NCBI GenBank assembly: GCA_963820735.1
Contig: CAWGBA010000014.1
Location: forward strand, 214,210 to 278,209
Direction: 5' to 3'
DNA: 64,000 bases
Origin: an uncultured Chloroflexia bacterium
Lineage (GTDB): Bacteria; Chloroflexota; Limnocylindria; Limnocylindrales; CSP1-4
In this document: in pieces, positions 1 to 9,425 of the stretch
Layout: each line of letters opens with the position of its first letter
How positions within the stretch are numbered: position 1 is the stretch's first letter
Notes under the pieces: generated by a model
Told to the model about the DNA's origin: nothing
Seen by the model: the letters and a program-made list of their open reading frames with translations, nothing else
The model's database searches: none
Program-made: the position numbers and the translations under genes

Positions 1-276
1 CGCCGGTCCTGGGCGAAGTCCGTTGGCTCCACGCGTGCTACCTAAGTACGGTTGTTCGTGTTGCTACTTTACCTAGTACGCGTTAGGTATCATAGCTTCG
101 TTCCCAGTCATCACCAGGGTCAGGCATGGTCATAGGCCCAGAAGGGCCGCCGGCACAACGGCCGGGTCGCGCTCCCACGCTACATCTGGTCGCCTCCACA
201 CGCTACATTCAGTCGGGTGGGTCGGCGTGCAGATCACGGCGTGCGGGAGTGAGCCGGGCAGGCTTCTTATCCGGCC

Positions 277-472
277 GTGTGGGTCGTGCCCACGAGCCAG
301 ACCGATCTCGATCGGGTGAGGCTCGCTGACCCTTGTCCGGTGTCGGTCGGAACTCGGATTCCCGGCGGGTTTGTTGGGGGTCGCCCACAAACGGCCCGAT
401 TTGCCCGGATTTACTGGCCACGACTGCGTTCCGCCCTCAGTGATCGGTCTCGGTGGTGGTCCAGGCCCACAG
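277..472. repeat. Copy A of a ~195-nt hairpin-rich non-coding element (copy B at 2727-2921, same orientation)
   Basis: Hand alignment to 2727-2921 gives about 84% identity (165/196). Long shared blocks: gtgcccacgagccagaccga, gtgaggctcgctgaccct, gggggtcgcccacaaa, ggcccgatttgccc, atcggtctc..gtggtccaggcccacag. An indel and non-synonymous differences break every reading frame between the copies. Both copies keep three GTGG(G)-N5-7-(C)CCAC hairpins and a GAGCC...GGCTC stem. Confidence 0.75.
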
Positions 473-583
473 CATCGGTGGTCGCCCTTGGCTGACCGTT
501 CATCGGTGACACCTGCCACCTACACTTGGAAACCGATGATGCGACGCGGTACGACCTCCAACATCTGATCCCGGGCACGGCTG

Positions 584-1490
584 TTGTTGGCGGTCCACGC
601 GGCCTGGTCCGTCGATCATCGGTTGCAGGTCTGGGCAGAGGACGCTCACTCCTTCGAGGCCATAGGGTCAGCGAACGCCACGCCGCCCGCGGCGGCGGGA
701 GTGAAACCGGTCGCATTTCTCCACCCCTTCGCGGTCCGGGGTGATCGGCATCACCGGCTGGATCCCCGATATCGCCGACGAGCCGGCACTCGGAAGCCAG
801 CTCGATCGGTTCTGGGAGGCAGGCCCCGGGTTCCCTGGGCTCCGCGCTGAGCCGCGAGTCCCTGAGGTGCCGGACGCGCTGCTGCGCGAACTGGAGCCCG
901 GCACACTTGCGATTCTCGGGGACGATCTTCCGGACCTGCTTCGCCCGGCGTACCGGGCAATCACGGAAGCGTCGGCCCGGCGCGCGGCTGGCGAGCTCGT
1001 GCCGGACGAGGACCCGGCTCCCGACACAGAGCGCGGCACCACGGTCAAGCGGACCCGTGCAGCTGCCAAACCCACGCGTGCCACCGCTCCCGGCCCCGCT
1101 GCCGTGCCGGTCGGTCCCTCCAAGCCTGTCGGCCGCGCCAAGCCCGCAAAAGCTGCCCCAACGAGCTCCGGCCGTCTCACCTCGTCCGACCTCGACGAGC
1201 TCATCGAGGAGGCGACCATTGATTGTTACGGTGAGGCCGAGCAGGCAGTTGGTCTTCTCGCTACGCTCGAAGAGCACGTCCGGCTCCCGTTCCGGATCAC
1301 GATCTTCGGCGGGAGAGTCTCCATCGTCAGCTTTGACCTGACCGAGCGCAACGAGATCGTCGCAGTCTGCCGGCACAGCAGCCAGCGGGTGCGGATGCTG
1401 CTTACCGAACTGCCACCTCCATCTCCGGAACCGGAGGGTTTCGAATGGGTCCTCGCCTACCTGCGATGGGCCCAGCAGTGGCTGGACTGA
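584..1490 (+). CDS. Chimeric hypothetical protein (apparent frameshift near 740): SNF2-helicase N-terminal-like (DUF3670-like) segment plus a conserved C-terminal module
   Basis: ORF 584..850 starts MLAVHAAWSVDHRLQVWAEDAHS...FLHPFA. This matches the LHaxWs..l.LWAED...HPFA pattern at the N-terminus of actinobacterial SNF2 helicases (recalled from memory). ORF 741..1490 continues in another frame and ends with ATIDCYGEAEQAVGLL...EWVLAYLRWA, a module I recognise from bacterial proteins but cannot name. Confidence 0.5.
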
Positions 1491-1691
1491 CACTCCGGCG
1501 CGTCGCGAGCGCTCGCCGCGAGAGAGTCGGAGCCTAGCTCCCGCGCGAGGAGTACCAGCAGATCGCGAACCTGCAACATCCACCATGCGCCTGCCGCGAA
1601 CCAGCACGATCGCGATGCCAATTGCGACGATGTCCTGTTGGTTCGGGAGGTTCCGATCGGCCGTGAGAAGAACCTTCACGGGCCGTCGACG

Positions 1692-2528
1692 TCAGTCGTC
1701 CAGACCGAGCTCCGCCTCCGACCGCGCCTCGAGGAGCGCCGCTCCAAGCCAGCGGTACGTCCACTCCTCGGCAAGCGCCCGGGTCTCCAGGAATACGATG
1801 GGGATCTCCGGGTAGCGCACCTGGACGCGCGCGAGGAGATCCGGCAGGAAGCCTTTCGGTGCGAAGGCCGACGCGTGGGAAATGAGCTTTGCGTAGCCCT
1901 CCTCGACCACGATCGCGGCACGTGGCAACTGCGCCAATCGAGCCAGTTCAAATGCCAGGCTCCCGTTGCTCAGGCTTGCTGCAAGATCGCCAAGCGCCTT
2001 CCGTTCGACCGCGGCGCACACCTCGCCGTTCTCATCGCGCACCGCGTAGTCGCCGGCGATAAGGGCCTCTCGGTCGATGCGTGCCTGTTGCTTGGCGAAG
2101 CGGTACGGGTAGCGCTCGCGCGTGTCAACGAGGATCAGCAGCTCTGTTCCGAGATCGCTGATGCGGCGTCCAGGTATCCGCGCTCCTGGTCGCGCCGTGG
2201 AAGCCACCTTGCGCGTCTGCCAGAAGATGCCCTCACGGCCCGACGGCAAGTGCGTGAACACGAATTGGGAGCGGTTCTCGCGGGGTCGATCGAGGATCAG
2301 GTCGACCGCGACGCCATGCCGCCGGCATTCCACGACTGGCACGCTCTCGACGATCTCAGGGTCGAACGGCCATTCGCCATCGGCTCGATGGCAGTACACC
2401 CGCGCCGTTCGCGGCCACGTGTCGCGTGCTTTCAGGATCAGGCCCGCGCCGAGAGGTAGACGCAGAAGGAATGGCAGGGTGCTCTCGGCGTCGGGGTTGC
2501 GCGCGATCAGGAACCTGCGTTCCAGCAT
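1692..2528 (-). CDS. ERCC4/XPF-type nuclease domain protein with an uncharacterised N-terminal domain
   Basis: 278-aa ORF. The C-terminal half carries the ERCC4 signature ILVDTRE ... GDYAVRDENGEVCAAVERKALGDL (GD-xn-ERK-x3-D). I recognise no motif in the N-terminal ~130 aa. Confidence 0.8.
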   Translation of the reverse strand: MLERRFLIARNPDAESTLPFLLRLPLGAGLILKARDTWPRTARVYCHRADGEWPFDPEIVESVPVVECRRHGVAVDLILDRPRENRSQFVFTHLPSGREGIFWQTRKVASTARPGARIPGRRISDLGTELLILVDTRERYPYRFAKQQARIDREALIAGDYAVRDENGEVCAAVERKALGDLAASLSNGSLAFELARLAQLPRAAIVVEEGYAKLISHASAFAPKGFLPDLLARVQVRYPEIPIVFLETRALAEEWTYRWLGAALLEARSEAELGLDD

Positions 2529-2726
2529 GACCGGTCCGGCAGCTTGATCAGTTGAAGCGCGCGACGCGGCGATCGTCGATGTGGATCTGGATCCGCTTCA
2601 CCCACTGATTATTCGCCACCCACGTGGCGCAGACATCACGATTACCAGCGAACGACCTTGCGGGTGCACGTAGTGCGATCGATTAGTGGGCGTCAGCAGG
2701 AGAAACGGTACGCGACCCGGAAGGAC

Positions 2727-2921
2727 GTGTGGGTGGTGCCCACGAGCCAGACCGAATCCGATCGCGTGAGGCTCGCTGACCCTCGTCCGAGGTCGGCCGG
2801 AGCTCCGATTTCCGGCGGTTTGGTGGGGGTCGCCCACAAATGGCCCGATTTGCCCCGAGTCAGAAACCACCAATGCGCTCCGCCCCCGCTTATCGGTCTC
2901 AGTCGTGGTCCAGGCCCACAG
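2727..2921. repeat. Copy B of the ~195-nt hairpin-rich non-coding element
   Basis: See copy A. It lies between the terminator of the zinc-ribbon gene (2971-3005) and the ERCC4 start codon (2528). On the minus strand it would therefore be the 5' leader of the nuclease gene. Confidence 0.75.
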
Positions 2922-2970
2922 TCGAAGTCCATGCCCCCGGGAGCAACCACCGTGGATCGAGAAGCAAACG

Positions 2971-3005
2971 AAAAAGGAGCCCGACGTTCATCGGACTCCC
3001 TTTAT
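2971..3005. terminator. Bidirectional rho-independent terminator
   Basis: AAAAA-GGAGCCCGA-cgttca-TCGGACTCC-CTTTAT. A 9-bp stem flanked by an A-run and a T-run, about 60 nt downstream of the minus-strand zinc-ribbon gene stop. Confidence 0.7.
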
Positions 3006-3061
3006 CGATCTGGGATCGCCGCGGTCAGTGGCTCAGCAAGAGCCACCCCGCGACGAAGAGA

Positions 3062-3440
3062 TCAGTACGAGCGGCGCTGCGTGCTGAAGCAGTCGCTGCA
3101 GTAGACCGGCTTGGAGCCGCTGGGCCGGAACGGAACCAGGGCTTCCTTGCCGCACGACGAGCAGGTGGCGCGAGAACATCTCGCGCTGCCCGCCGCCGTA
3201 GCCGCCACCCGAGCCGCCCCGGCTGTCGCTGCCGTAGCTCGAGCTCGAACCCGAGCCGGACCCGTAGCTGGAGCCACCACCGTCACGCGCTGCCTTGCGG
3301 CTTGCGCGGCAGGACGAGCACCGGCGCGGCTCCGTGAAGCCACGATCGGTGTAGAACTGCTGCTCGCTGGCGGTGAACTCGAACTGCTGCTGGCAGTCCG
3401 AGCAGGTGAGCGTCTTGTCCGCTCCCGTGGATGAGTACAA
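3062..3440 (-). CDS. Double zinc-ribbon protein (zf-trcl-like) with an apparent 1-nt frameshift near 3176
   Basis: ORF 3033..3440 gives TCSDCQQQFEFTASEQQFYTDRGFTEPRRCSSCR, a Gly/Ser linker, then REMFS. The expected second ribbon ATCSSCGKEALVPFRPSGSKPVYCSDCF is in a different frame (tail of ORF 3062..3790). Confidence 0.75.
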
Positions 3441-3638
3441 AAGAAAAACTCCTTCTCTGCGGTGTCAGCGAGCGAACCGTTCTCGCCGAGTGACCGAGGA
3501 GAGGGAGTGATCGTGGAACCGCGTTTGCCTGTGGCGCTTACGTTGTGCGCCACGGACACCGTACCACGGCGCGGAGGCGCGTGCCGAACAGATGTTCGAG
3601 TCGTGGCCCGGGAGCGGCCATGCCGTCCCGCGCAACCA

Positions 3639-5794
3639 TCAGTCCCTGCTGAACCGGATTCGTACGGTCGACGCCTGGCCATCGATCGGCACGACGAGCG
3701 GTTCCTCATCGCTGGGCACCAACACGTCCTCCTGGGCGGTTCCTGACAGCCGGACGACGCCGGCCAGGCCGACCGACCAGCCGTCCGCATTCACGCGATG
3801 CAGCCATGGCCGAAGCTCGCGCCACGGCCCCGCCGGCACGTCCACGTCCACGTCCGCTCCGTCCGCCTCCGATCCGTCCAAGGACCCGTTCCGCCACCAC
3901 GACCTGCCCGTCACCGGTGACCGAGACGGTCGTCCGGTCCCGCCGCTCGTCGACACGGAGTTCCACGATCGCCCGACGGCGCAGGATGCCCGACCGCCAC
4001 GCAACGATCACCACGACAATGGCGATCCCTGAGGCCACCAGGGCGGCCGCACGCTCGACGGGACGTTCCCAGATCACCGCGTGGACGGCCATGCCGATGA
4101 CGAACAGCGGCACGAGGACGGCGATGGTGAGTGGATGGCCGACCAGCCCGGATCACCACGCCGGGGACGTACTCGCCGCGACGTCGGGCGGCCAGGATCA
4201 GCAGCAACGGGAAGATGCCCGCGATGATCGGCACCGTCAGCGTGCCGGCGAATGCCACCACGTCGGCGAAGTTGTCGTGTCCCGGTGAGCACGGCCAGCT
4301 CGAGCGCGACGCAGACCAACGCGAACGGCGCGAAGCCGGCGACCAATCGTCGCCTGCGCGTGGTCGACAGGCTGCCCCAGCCAGCCGCGGCGGCCACTCG
4401 ACCCCGACGGCAACAGCTCCACTACCTGGTTGTAGTGGCCAGCGTCACGTACAGCGAGCCGATGCCGATGGCCAGCACCACGTAGATGACGCCCATCACG
4501 TTGACGGCGGGACCGATCGCGTCCGCCAGCGGCGTGATGGCCGTGCCGGCGGTGGTCAGCAGCGGCGCCGCGCCGACGGCCCCGATGATCGCGAACGTGG
4601 CCACGCAGTAGAGCACGATCACGGTGGCCATGGCCGCCAGGTTCCCCCACAGGAGCGAGCGCCCGGTCGGCTCGACGTCAGCAGCAGCTTCGCCGAGTTT
4701 GCCGCGGAGGTGTGGCCGAAGAAGGCCATCAGCACCACGCCGAAGATCAGGCCAACGGCCCGGATGTCCAGCTGACTGTTCCCGACCGGAATCGACGCCA
4801 GGTTGCGGGGCTGTACGTGCGCAGCGCGACCGCCGTGATCGCAGCGCAGCAGCACGGCTGCGGTGCCGATGACCACAGCGGACGCGATCGTGTCGTCCAG
4901 CGTCTCCTTGCGCAGCACCCACACGTTGACCACGAACAGCAGCGCGATCCAGACGCTCACCGGGATGCCGGTCGCACCGCCGAGCACGGAGCCGAAACCG
5001 AGGAAGTAGAACCAGAACGTCAGCACCCCGTCGATGGCGAAGACGACGCCGAGCACGGACGCGGGCACCCGTCCCAGCAATTCGGTCACCAATCGGGCGA
5101 TGTACGAGAGCCCGTAGCGCATGCTGCCGTTGCGGATGACGGACTCCGCCATGGCCGTCATGGTGATGAGGTTGATCGCCCCGAAGATCAGCAGGATGAC
5201 CACCCCGGGCAGCGGTCCGAGCCCCGCGAGCGCGAGCGGCAGCGACAGGATCCCTTCGCCGAGCACCTCGGTGATGGCCAGGAAGTAGGCGATCCAGAAC
5301 GGCGGCAGCCGGTCGAAGCGCCAGGCGACACCGAGATCATCCAACGAAGGCGAGCCCGAAGCGGAAGCTCGAGCACGAAGATGCTGCCCAGTGGCGCCTG
5401 GTACAGCCGTTCGAAGGCCTCGGCCACTTCTTGGTTGTCGAGGCCAAGCGCTCGTCGGATCCCGGCACGTCATCGCGGCGAAAGCGGTACTTGGCGCCCA
5501 GTAGTCGCGCGAGCGCGGCGCGCACACCAGGTTCGTCGGGGACCGTGCCGCGCCCAGTCGCGGGCGAACCGCTCGAGGTCGGCGATCCGTGGGTGGCTTC
5601 GGCAGGCGCCGCCCGGCGCTCAGGGCCTTGAAGAAGTCTCGTTCCCGTTCGGCGGCGGTGCGTTCGCCGATGAAGCCGGCTCGGTTGATGCGCGACGCCG
5701 CCAGCAGCCGCGCCGTCTCTCCCTCGATCGCGAACAGCAGCGTGCTGGCTCGTTTGGCAGGCAGGCCCGCCAGCAGTTGGTCACGCGAGAACAC
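3639..5794 (-). pseudogene. Amino-acid permease-like membrane protein, heavily frameshifted (about 10 or more frame changes)
   Basis: Protein-like segments are scattered over all three minus frames: ORFs 4619..5794, 5337..5525, 5188..5427, 4422..4922, 4237..4650, 4074..4397, 3911..4261, 3706..4113 and 3639..4004. They join into one N-terminal soluble domain, a multi-TM permease core (LPPFWIAYFLAITEVLGEGILSLPLALAG...) and a C-terminal domain. Four frame switches fall within 5340-5590 alone. Confidence 0.75.
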
Positions 5795-6103
5795 CCCAGG
5801 GAGTCAGTGCGCCGGCGCGAGGTCGGGAAATGCGGCAAGCCACGTGCAACTCGACGAACCGACGACACACGTCAACCAGCGCATCGCGTCCCTCCCGTTG
5901 CGGAGCCGTTGCCGGCGCCGACGATACTCCTGCTCCGAGGGGGCACGGACCGTGGTCCGGCGGTGGCGTCGATCGGGGCATCCCCCGGCATCCGAACGCA
6001 CTGGCCGATGCTATCCCTTACTCGCGCTACCGTAGACGTGTACTCCGAGCTGTCCGCACAACCCTCATGTTCGTGAGGGAGCTCCGCGAAGGAGGCCGCT
6101 CCA

Positions 6104-7456
6104 ATGCGTCGCATCGCAATCACCGCCATTTCGGCAGTCACCATCGTCGTCGCGTCGCTCGTCCTGGTGGCGAGTGGCCGGCTGCCACTCCACGCTCCCG
6201 GTGCCGCCGCGGCTACCGAGGCGCCACCACAGGTCGGGTCCTGGCTTCTGACCCTCACGGACCAGAGCAGCCAGACCACGCCGGTCTTGATGACCCTGAC
6301 ATCCGATGGCACGCTCACCGCAGGCGAGCTTCCAGTCCCAGCGGGTGCGCTGTTGCCCGGGCCCTCCGAGGCACCGCAACCCAGCCCTGGTGAGACCTTC
6401 GCTCCCACGCCGACCGAGCAGCCGCTCCCGACCGAGCTCCCGACCACCCCGAGCGGCCTGCTCAACAGCCCCGGCCAGGGGATCTGGACGCCGACCAGTG
6501 ATACCGACTTCATCTTCACCTACGTGGTGCTGCAGTCGGACCAGGCCGGCACCTATGTCCAGAGGGTGACCGTGAGTGGAACGGCGGCCCTCGACGACAC
6601 GCAGGACGCCCTGACCGGGACCTACAGCATGAGCTTTGCCGCTCCTGACGGCAGCGACCTCGGGTCGTCCTCCGGAACGATCACTGGCTCCCGGATCCAA
6701 CTGGCGCTCATCGCCTCGTTCGACGCAAAGCAGTCGGCTGGAAGCCTGGATGTGCTCTTCAAGGACCAGTCGACCGGTGACCCGACCAACTGGAACTGGG
6801 ACTTCGGCGACGGGAGCCTGTCCGCCGATGCGGCCCCGACCCATACATACGACCAGCCGGGCGACTACACCGTGTCGCTGACGGTCAGCAACGACACGAG
6901 CTCGGCCACGACCACGCAAACCGTCACGGTGGGGCAGGTTTCCTCGCCAAAGGCCAACTTCACGACGGCACAGACGCCCGGATCGCTCGAGATCAAGTTC
7001 ACCGACACGTCGACCGGTGGCCCGAACGCGTGGACCTGGAACTTCGGGGACGGGAAGACCTCGGACAAGCCCAACCCGCGGCACACCTATGCCAAGGCGG
7101 GCCAGTACTCGGTCAAGCTGCTGGTGAGCAACGCGGGCGGAGAGGACACCCACTTCGAAACGATCACCGTCGCCAAGCCACCAACGGCCGCCTTCACCGT
7201 GCAGCAGGCGTCGGGCTCGCTCGAGGTCAAGTTCGTCGATGCGTCCAAGGGCACGCCGGCCACCTGGGCCTGGGACTTTGGCGACGGCGGAAGCTCGACC
7301 AAGCCGAACCCGAAGCACACCTATGCCAAGGCAGGCAGCTATGACGTCAAGGAAACCGTGACCAACGGCGCGGGCTCAAACAGCACAACGGTCACCGTGA
7401 CCGTGCCGCCGAGCCCATCGGAGAGCCCGAGCCCGTCGGAAAGCACGGCCCCGTAA
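6104..7456 (+). CDS. Secreted protein with four tandem PKD domains
   Basis: Signal peptide MRRIAITAISAVTIVVASLVLVASG. Four repeats of the form F....Q..GSL.V.F.D.S.G.P..W.WDFGDG.....NP.HTY...G.Y.V.L.V.N. Confidence 0.85.
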   Translation: MRRIAITAISAVTIVVASLVLVASGRLPLHAPGAAAATEAPPQVGSWLLTLTDQSSQTTPVLMTLTSDGTLTAGELPVPAGALLPGPSEAPQPSPGETFAPTPTEQPLPTELPTTPSGLLNSPGQGIWTPTSDTDFIFTYVVLQSDQAGTYVQRVTVSGTAALDDTQDALTGTYSMSFAAPDGSDLGSSSGTITGSRIQLALIASFDAKQSAGSLDVLFKDQSTGDPTNWNWDFGDGSLSADAAPTHTYDQPGDYTVSLTVSNDTSSATTTQTVTVGQVSSPKANFTTAQTPGSLEIKFTDTSTGGPNAWTWNFGDGKTSDKPNPRHTYAKAGQYSVKLLVSNAGGEDTHFETITVAKPPTAAFTVQQASGSLEVKFVDASKGTPATWAWDFGDGGSSTKPNPKHTYAKAGSYDVKETVTNGAGSNSTTVTVTVPPSPSESPSPSESTAP

Positions 7457-7476
7457 GCTCGGCCCTGTAACTGCGA

Positions 7477-7503
7477 GGAGGTCGGCGTCGACCGCCGGCC
7501 TCC
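7477..7503. terminator. Hairpin between convergent genes (putative bidirectional terminator)
   Basis: GGAGGTCGGCG-tcgac-CGCCGGCCTCC followed by TTCAAC. It sits between the PKD gene stop (7456) and the beta-helix gene stop (7523). The T tract is weak. Confidence 0.45.
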
Positions 7504-7522
7504 TTCAACAGTCGATCCGCGA

Positions 7523-9342
7523 CTACTTGACCGTGAACTGAGCCCAGGCGGAAGTCTGCGATCCACGGTCGCCGATGGCGACCACGCGCCAGGCGTACGT
7601 GGCGCCGTGCACCAGGGGATGCGTCACGAACTGCGACGCCTGCAGGCCCGGTTGCAGCTTGGACTGTCGCCCCGTTCCGGGACCCGCGCTTGATCACGAC
7701 CGAGTAGCCCTGGATGCAGGGGACGTCGTTCCAGTTGAGGATTGGCCTGAGGGCCTTCACGAACGTGCCGCCAACGGGCGAGGACAGCACCGGCGCGGAC
7801 GGTCGGTCTGGACAGACCTCCACGGCGCCCATGTCATACAGGGCGTTCTGCGGTCGCGCGATGCCGCGCTGATCGGTAAGCGGCGCATTCGTGCTGGTCC
7901 CGGAGTCCACCGCCGGGCTGCCCTTGGAGGGCACCAGCGTCCGGGTTGGGCCGCCGTGCAGGCCAAGCTTGCCGAAGGACAGCGTCGCGTTGTCCCCGGT
8001 GCCGAACCCGCACGACGCGTCATCGGCGAGGTCGGGCGTTCCCTGGATCGGGTTGTTGCAGTCGGCGCCCTGCGCCCCCTTGGCGATCAGTGTGTTCCAC
8101 GCGGCCACGTCCGCCCCGGTATCGAAATAGATTCCGCCCCCGCTTGAGGCCGAGTTTCCGGCCATGGTCGTGTTGAACAGCCGAACTTCGGCGAAAGCAT
8201 GGACGAAATACTCGGCGTAGACCGCGCCGCCCGAGGTAGCCGCGCTGTTGGCCGCAATCGTGTCGTTGTCGAGGTCGGTCAAGCTGCCTGCGTACCCGTA
8301 GAGTGCGCCGCCCTTCGTTCCCGCCACGTTCCCCGCCACGGTGGACTTGATGACGGCAAGGTGCCAGAAGTTGCCGATCGCGCCTCCCTGGATCCCGGCG
8401 GTGTTGTCGTGGATGTCGCTGTTCGCGATCGTGAGCGGAACCGCGGCGGTTCCGCCGTGATTCTCGATCCCGCCCGAGAGCCCTCGTGCGTGGTTGGCGT
8501 AGATCTGGGTGTGCTTGACCAGGATCTTGGTCGCATCGCCCGTCGAGGGACCGTCCAAGTAGAAGCCGGCACCCTCGTACGCGTGGTTGTCGTGGATCTC
8601 GCTGTTTCGCAACGTGAACGTGTCGCCCTCGTTGACCCTGACGCCGATTCCCCCGACCGCTGCGGACGCCGTGTTGTCGTTGACCGTCACGCGGTTCAGA
8701 TCGACGACGCTGGGCATGTTCGAGTCGCCGATGGCGATGCCACCGTAGTAGTACGAAGCGTTGTGCTCCACGACGAGGTCGTGAAGGTTCAGCGACCCGC
8801 CGCCGCCCCAGAGAAGGCCGCCGCCGTCGTCGAACGTGGCAGTTCGGTTGCCACCTCGGATCGTCACTCCACTCATCGTGAGTGACGTGTTCGTGGCAAC
8901 CTGGAAGACCCGGTCGTGGGTGACAGCGCTGTTGCCGTTGACGGTGGTGGTCGCGCTGCCGGCGCCCTTGATCGTCAAATCGTCGGTGATGTCGATGTCG
9001 CCGAGCACGTCCTCGTCATCGTCGCCTGCGCGCGTGAGCTTGTAGGTGCCGGCCGGCAGCACGATCGTGTCCGCGCCGGACGTGGAAGTTCGCCTGCATC
9101 ACCGCCGCGCGGAGCGTGCACTTGCCGTTGGCATCCGCACAGACCGGTGTGCCGGCATCGGCGTCGACCGAATCGGCGGTGCTGTTCACCCTGTAGGTGG
9201 TGCCGGCATCGGGACGAATCAGCGACGGGGTGGCCGCGTGGGCCGGGCTGGCGACCAGCGCCAACATGGCGCCGAGCACGAGCGCACCGGTGACGATCGG
9301 TACCCGCTGGCGCACTCGACTGATGGAGCGTTTCCCCTGCAT
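7523..9342 (-). CDS. Secreted right-handed beta-helix protein (choice-of-anchor-Q-like) with a C-terminal Ig/FN3-like domain; two apparent frameshifts (~9088 and ~7660)
   Basis: The signal peptide and N-terminus (MQGKRSISRVRQRVPIVTGALVLGAMLALVASPAHA...CTLRAAVMQANF) are in ORF 9016..9777. The body is in ORF 7392..9062. The natural C-terminus KLQPGLQASQFVTHPLVHGATYAWRVVAIGDRGSQTSAWAQFTVK* is in a third frame ending at 7523. Paralog of 38138..39721. Confidence 0.75.
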
Positions 9343-9425
9343 GCCGCCACTTTCGGCCCGGATGTCAAGTCCGGTACCAGGACTCGCAACGAGGCGCCCC
9401 GCAAGCGACGACGGCGGACGCGCCC

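Noticed and set aside
277-472. The repeat element as a duplicated protein-coding exon or small gene (ORFs 277..495, 2658..3104 and others translate to similar peptides such as WVVPTSQT..DRVRLAD).
   Set aside because: An indel shifts the frame between the copies, and the differences are not biased to synonymous positions. The similarity is at the nucleotide level only.
411-1679. Long ORFs antisense to, or out of frame with, convincing genes. Examples: 411..1679(-), 6065..7318(-), 11401..13572(+), 16384..17886(+), 17246..19573(+), 38144..39580(+), 42753..43973(-), 60518..61969(+), and the 5' three-quarters of 56685..59147(-).
   Set aside because: Their translations are Arg/Ala/Gly/Pro-rich and low in complexity, with no motifs. 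They overlap genes that have clear family signatures. Shadow ORFs of this kind are expected at about 70% GC.
2745-2775. Similarity of CCGAATCCGA in copy B to the c-di-AMP (ydaO) riboswitch core.
   Set aside because: Only a 10-nt word matches. The flanking conserved ydaO segments are absent, and copy A does not keep the word.
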